This document shows, in pieces, positions 59,667 to 64,000 of a stretch of 64,000 nt of DNA (positions are counted from its first letter, which is position 1; every line of letters starts with the position of its first letter). The translations under genes and the position numbers were made by a program. Location of the stretch: the NCBI RefSeq assembly GCF_022045235.1, contig NW_027266270.1, positions 34,348,001 to 34,412,000 of the forward strand, in the 5' to 3' direction. Origin of the DNA: Haliotis cracherodii. Taxonomy: Eukaryota. The notes beneath the pieces are model-generated. The model saw only the letters and a program-made list of their open reading frames with translations. It made no database searches and had not been told where the DNA came from.

Positions 59667-62600
59667 ATACACTTGACCTCACTTTATTGCTGTCTGAAAC
59701 ACAATTGTTAATCGCTACTATTCTTACTCGAGTCGTTACCGATGCTTTTAACTGCTACTTGTGACTCTACTACTTCTACTTGTACACTGGTGGCACTTCA
59801 ACCAGGACTACATTGCTACTTCCACCACGACCAACCCCGTCACTGTTTCCACATCTACAATGTACAACAGCGACACTGTTGTAGGGCGTTTGTTTGAACG
59901 TTTTTCAAATCGATAGACAAGACGCAATACAAAAAAAGAGTCATCGTCGAGAGAGGCACATTATCACCATTCACCGATACCGTCATGTCGGCCATGATTC
60001 GTATCATTGCTCGCTGTATCAATTTCATTGCCGAGCTCTTGAAATAGAAATCATCGTCATCATTCGTTTACCACTTTAGATAAAACATTGCTTCTGAGTG
60101 TAATAAACTTTCATTAAAACTATGTTAGTCGTAACCCCCGGGCCGGTAGCCCGACCCCTGGGGAAGAACGAGTGTGCTTGAAGGACCCCCGCGCACTTAT
60201 CCGCTACTATGCCGGCGCGATCCGTTCCAAGCCGCGCTCCGATAGCCAAATACAGCCATAGAGTCTCCACAGGGTTACCCCATGCTATTTTTAGATTCAT
60301 GTCGTTTCCACATCGGTCTTACTCTTAGACATGGCGGAGTAGCGAAAAGCAGGGAACCGCTACGGTAGGTCAAAATTAACATTTCTTGCGGAAATAACTG
60401 CGCAATATTGCGTTTGAAGCTTATGCTTTGCTGGTGTGGTTGTTGTGAAAGTATGACGTGGTTTTCCAAGCTTTCCGTATGTTTCTTGTCAGTGTTTGAT
60501 TGTCTGCGGGGGTTGGGGGAACCGGCTTCTTATCACCCACTGTCGACAGCCTCTTTCCCTCCCTACAAAATACTTGCACAGCCTCTGTCCCCCTTGGATG
60601 CCTCGCGGGCACCATGTTTTCTGAAAAGTAAAAAACCATGCAGGTTTTGGTGGGGTTGTGTGAAGTTACAACCTCTAACCTCAACTTTCAGTTTTTACCG
60701 TCAGTTTCAACAAGTTGAAATACTTGGAAAGATTCTGCTGCGAGAAACCGCTTTTTTTCAAACCACCGGTTATACGCTACTGTGGAATGTGTTTTAACTG
60801 CCGCTCTGAGCTGAAGTCAGGTTCCGATTTTCCTTGGGTCATTTTTTCAGAAGTAGAAAGCTATGACTTTCGAAATAGTGAGTTACTTTTGGAAGTGGTA
60901 TAGACTGGGAGTACGATTCACTGGGGATGGTCGGGGTACGCAGATTGGGAAAATATCAGGCACGCCCTTGAGGAATTTCTTGGGGAAATGTCGGGAGATT
61001 TTCTCTTATGAGATCCTCCACCACATTTGCCCTTTCAGATCAAATCATTTCTATTGCCGGGTGTCGTAGTTTAGTTTGGCGTTCTTCATTGTAACGCCCA
61101 GGTCTATAGAAACAAACACGGAACCGAATACGGATTCCGGCTCTACTTTTTCTGACTTTCTTTTTAACCTTTGTTCAGTTTTGAATTTTAATCCCAAACG
61201 TTGCCTATTTCAAAATAATCCCACTGCCATCAAAACGTGTTACTTAACTCCTTCCAAATCAGCCAGTGTTAGTTTGATTCACGTCAAAGTTATTAGGTTA
61301 AATGATTGAAACAGAATTGTGGTAACCAAAGATGTTATTTTCTTACCCAGCCCTTCTTATCCCCGAGATAAGGCGCCCCCAACCCCTGAGACCCTCCCCC
61401 GGGGTTTTCTCTCGGGCGGAGACGTAAACCGATAGGACTTCACAAAGTATATGTTTCCTTATCTGCTTTAACGTCTATGGTGTCTGTAAAAGAACATTGT
61501 TCCAAATCTGTGCTAAAAGAGCGAGTTGCTCCAAATTTTGAAATAACTTCACTGAAAAAACTATCGGACTTCTTTTGAACTACATTAAAGAGACGAGAGG
61601 GTGGTTCCATTTATCATGTCCAGCAATAATTCATGCTTCCAAAACGCAATGTATGAATGTTTTTTAGCCAAACCATATGATCGTGAGGCGACCGGTTGTA
61701 AAACTGAAACCTAAGATGGTTGGAGCTTAGAGTACGGTATTCCGTGTCGCTCATGTGACCTTCTGGGATATTAGGAAGCTATTTGCAGCGTTATGCCCGC
61801 CATCTTATTGCAGCTGTTGAATGAGAGTGTAGGGCTCCTGCAATGTATCTAAATGATGCCGTGGTTATATAATAGGCAATACTCCCGAAACCTCTGTCGT
61901 TTTGACAACGGGTCATGCTAGATGTTGCTTTGAATGGGGTTTCTGACTTTCATCGCGTCGTGTAGCGTTAGTGGATGCGGTCAATATTTACCATTGTACA
62001 GGCTGCATATGAAATAAAGCATTATTTTTAAAATGAGCATTTACGTCCATTAAATACTATTACACTCGCTACTGTTTTGAATACGTATCCTGTTATTCCT
62101 TCATGAAGCCGTCCCCATCACGTTAAGTAAACTTATAAATAAACATCTGCGATATGACTTCGTAAAACGTTTCACAATTGATTCCCAACAATCATGAATT
62201 GTGGTTTCGCCGTCCGTGTGTCGATTGCACAGTCTCACGACAGATGCCCGTTTAGGATCATTGACCACGATGTGTATAACGCGTTAATTCGTCTCTCGCC
62301 CATCCAATGTGTGGTATAGAAGCAATTTGTTGCTTGTCTATTTTAGTATGAGGATTATCGTCCACGGCTCTGTTCTCGGGGGACAGGCTTTATGCTGATC
62401 TTGAGTAAGAGGCATAAGCTATGACGAACAGTTTATTGTCGGCGCTCAATCCGCCCTTGGTCCATTTTCGATGGCTGTTCTGTCATCAGGAAACTGAACG
62501 CGCAAAGTGAGAGTTCTGATCGTGATTTACACTTGTACATGGCGTGTTCATGTCACCATCACTATGGTGAAGGTGTGTTTTTGATTATGTTCATACATAG

Positions 62601-63344
62601 ACTGATCAAGGAGGGTGGGTAGGGTGGAGTTTGGGGAATGTTGGGGGTGCACACAATAATACTCGAAGTGGATCCTCTTGCTCCGCCATTGTTTCTTTCA
62701 CCCTCGAAATATTCTTTAAGTTATCCAAGACAGCTATACAGCTAGTGCAACCTTACGCAACAGCAAAGAACAAAATATCAATATCATTTATATGTGTTTC
62801 GTTCGCCCACTCAAACTATGATATTGATGTTGTTGATTGCATGTCAATTTCATTTTCCACGACCACTCCTAACTACATTAGGTGTTGGATATCAATAGTT
62901 TGTTGACTGGTATTACCGTGTGGTCATGTCTATGATGGCTCTAGGAGTCTTGTCTCTGGGGTGTCGTCACGCCTTTTGGGGGGAGCGAGGGGGCTCTGTG
63001 GTCGGCACCAGTAGCAATACGGCGCGTCTTCACATCCCCCGAGTCACCTGTTTTTTGCGCCGATAGTCTAAACTCATCACATAGATAGGGATGATGTGTT
63101 ATAGGCGCCAGTGGGGAATGGTCTAAATTATAGTGCCATGAATCGTGAATTTTTTGGGTTGTAAAGTCTGTATAAATATAGTAGTAGTCCCACACTGTGA
63201 ATAGAATGTGTGCGTTTTATGAAATCAATCTAGATACTGAAAAAAGAAAGTCTAGCCAGCTCTATTCCACAGCATCAAAAACATATATAGAGGAGATAAT
63301 TGTATTGTGTATAAAAAAATAATGTATTATAGGTTAGTCTAGTT

Positions 63345-63561
63345 GGTTTGTTGTTTAACGCCGCACTCAGCAATATTCCAGCTATATGACGGCGGTCTGT
63401 AAATAATCGAGTCTGGACCAGACAATCGAGTGATTAATAATATGAGCATCGATCCATTCAATTGGGATCGATGACATGCATCAACCAAGTCAGCGAGCCT
63501 GACCACCCGATCCCGTTAGTCGCCTTTTACGACAAGCATAGTCACCTTTTACGGCAAGCAG
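63345..63561 (-). mobile_element. SINE family B followed by (GTA)n
   Basis: Near-consensus copy; GGTTAGTCTAGT flanks both sides. Confidence 0.85.
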
Positions 63562-63568
63562 GTTAGTC

Positions 63569-63616
<48 letters not shown>

Positions 63617-64000
63617 GCGGTGATATTTGCTTCTGGTACCAAAAATGATTTCATCCTTCGGCTTGAAAATAGAAAAGAAATCGCTGCGTTCAGCAAACAC
63701 TACCTAGTTTATCCAACCTGCCTTTTAAATAGTGTAACTATGTACTTAAAGGATATATATTAAAACATATACCTCATCATAGCGCAGCCCTGTTGTATAA
63801 TACCTCACAAGTTACACTGATATTCTTTCCCGGTCTTAAACTGTTTAAACAACATCCACACTGTGCTTAACTCGGTGTCATGCCAAAAGATTGTCGGGAT
63901 GGTTCTTTAACGAGGGTTGAATGTGAATATCCGGGTGGTAACGATGGATATGTAGTTCTAATTATATTCAAAAGCTGGTAACTTTACAAGCAAGTATAAC

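Noticed and set aside
57812-59711. His/Cys/Tyr-rich, EPLLL and VVQ repeat ORFs
   Set aside because: Four frames are open because the 21-bp unit lacks stops, and unit variation is mostly non-synonymous in the listed frames

Overview
AT-rich, repeat-dense metazoan genomic DNA with spliceosomal introns, tRNA-derived SINEs and MITEs. The repeat style suggests a mollusc, possibly a gastropod, but this is inference. Two main contents. (1) 3333-18793 (+): a 16-coding-exon gene assembled by hand from GT-AG sites with consistent phases, giving 556 aa. It has a signal peptide, six tandem two-exon 6-Cys helical modules whose spacing resembles the RGM N-terminal/neuritin fold, a Thr-rich stalk and a GPI-like tail. 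(2) 33132-41828: a 5'-truncated, decayed LINE (EN-RT-CCHC, 11-bp TSD) sitting in a SINE tail. It is split by an antisense LTR element (35414-40983, TSD CTAT) that has lost gag-pol but keeps an intact 788-aa F-type envelope ORF. The ~2-kb LTR has an unusual layout: a 63-bp segment running exactly from the predicted TSS to a GTAAGT donor is duplicated near the far end of the LTR. This suggests an intron-containing LTR that regenerates each retrotransposition cycle and avoids premature polyadenylation. The rest is SINEs with a shared tail, several MITE families, a Tc1 relic, minisatellites (one built from an exon end plus its splice donor) and a 158-N gap. No database searches were possible; family calls come from motif recognition.
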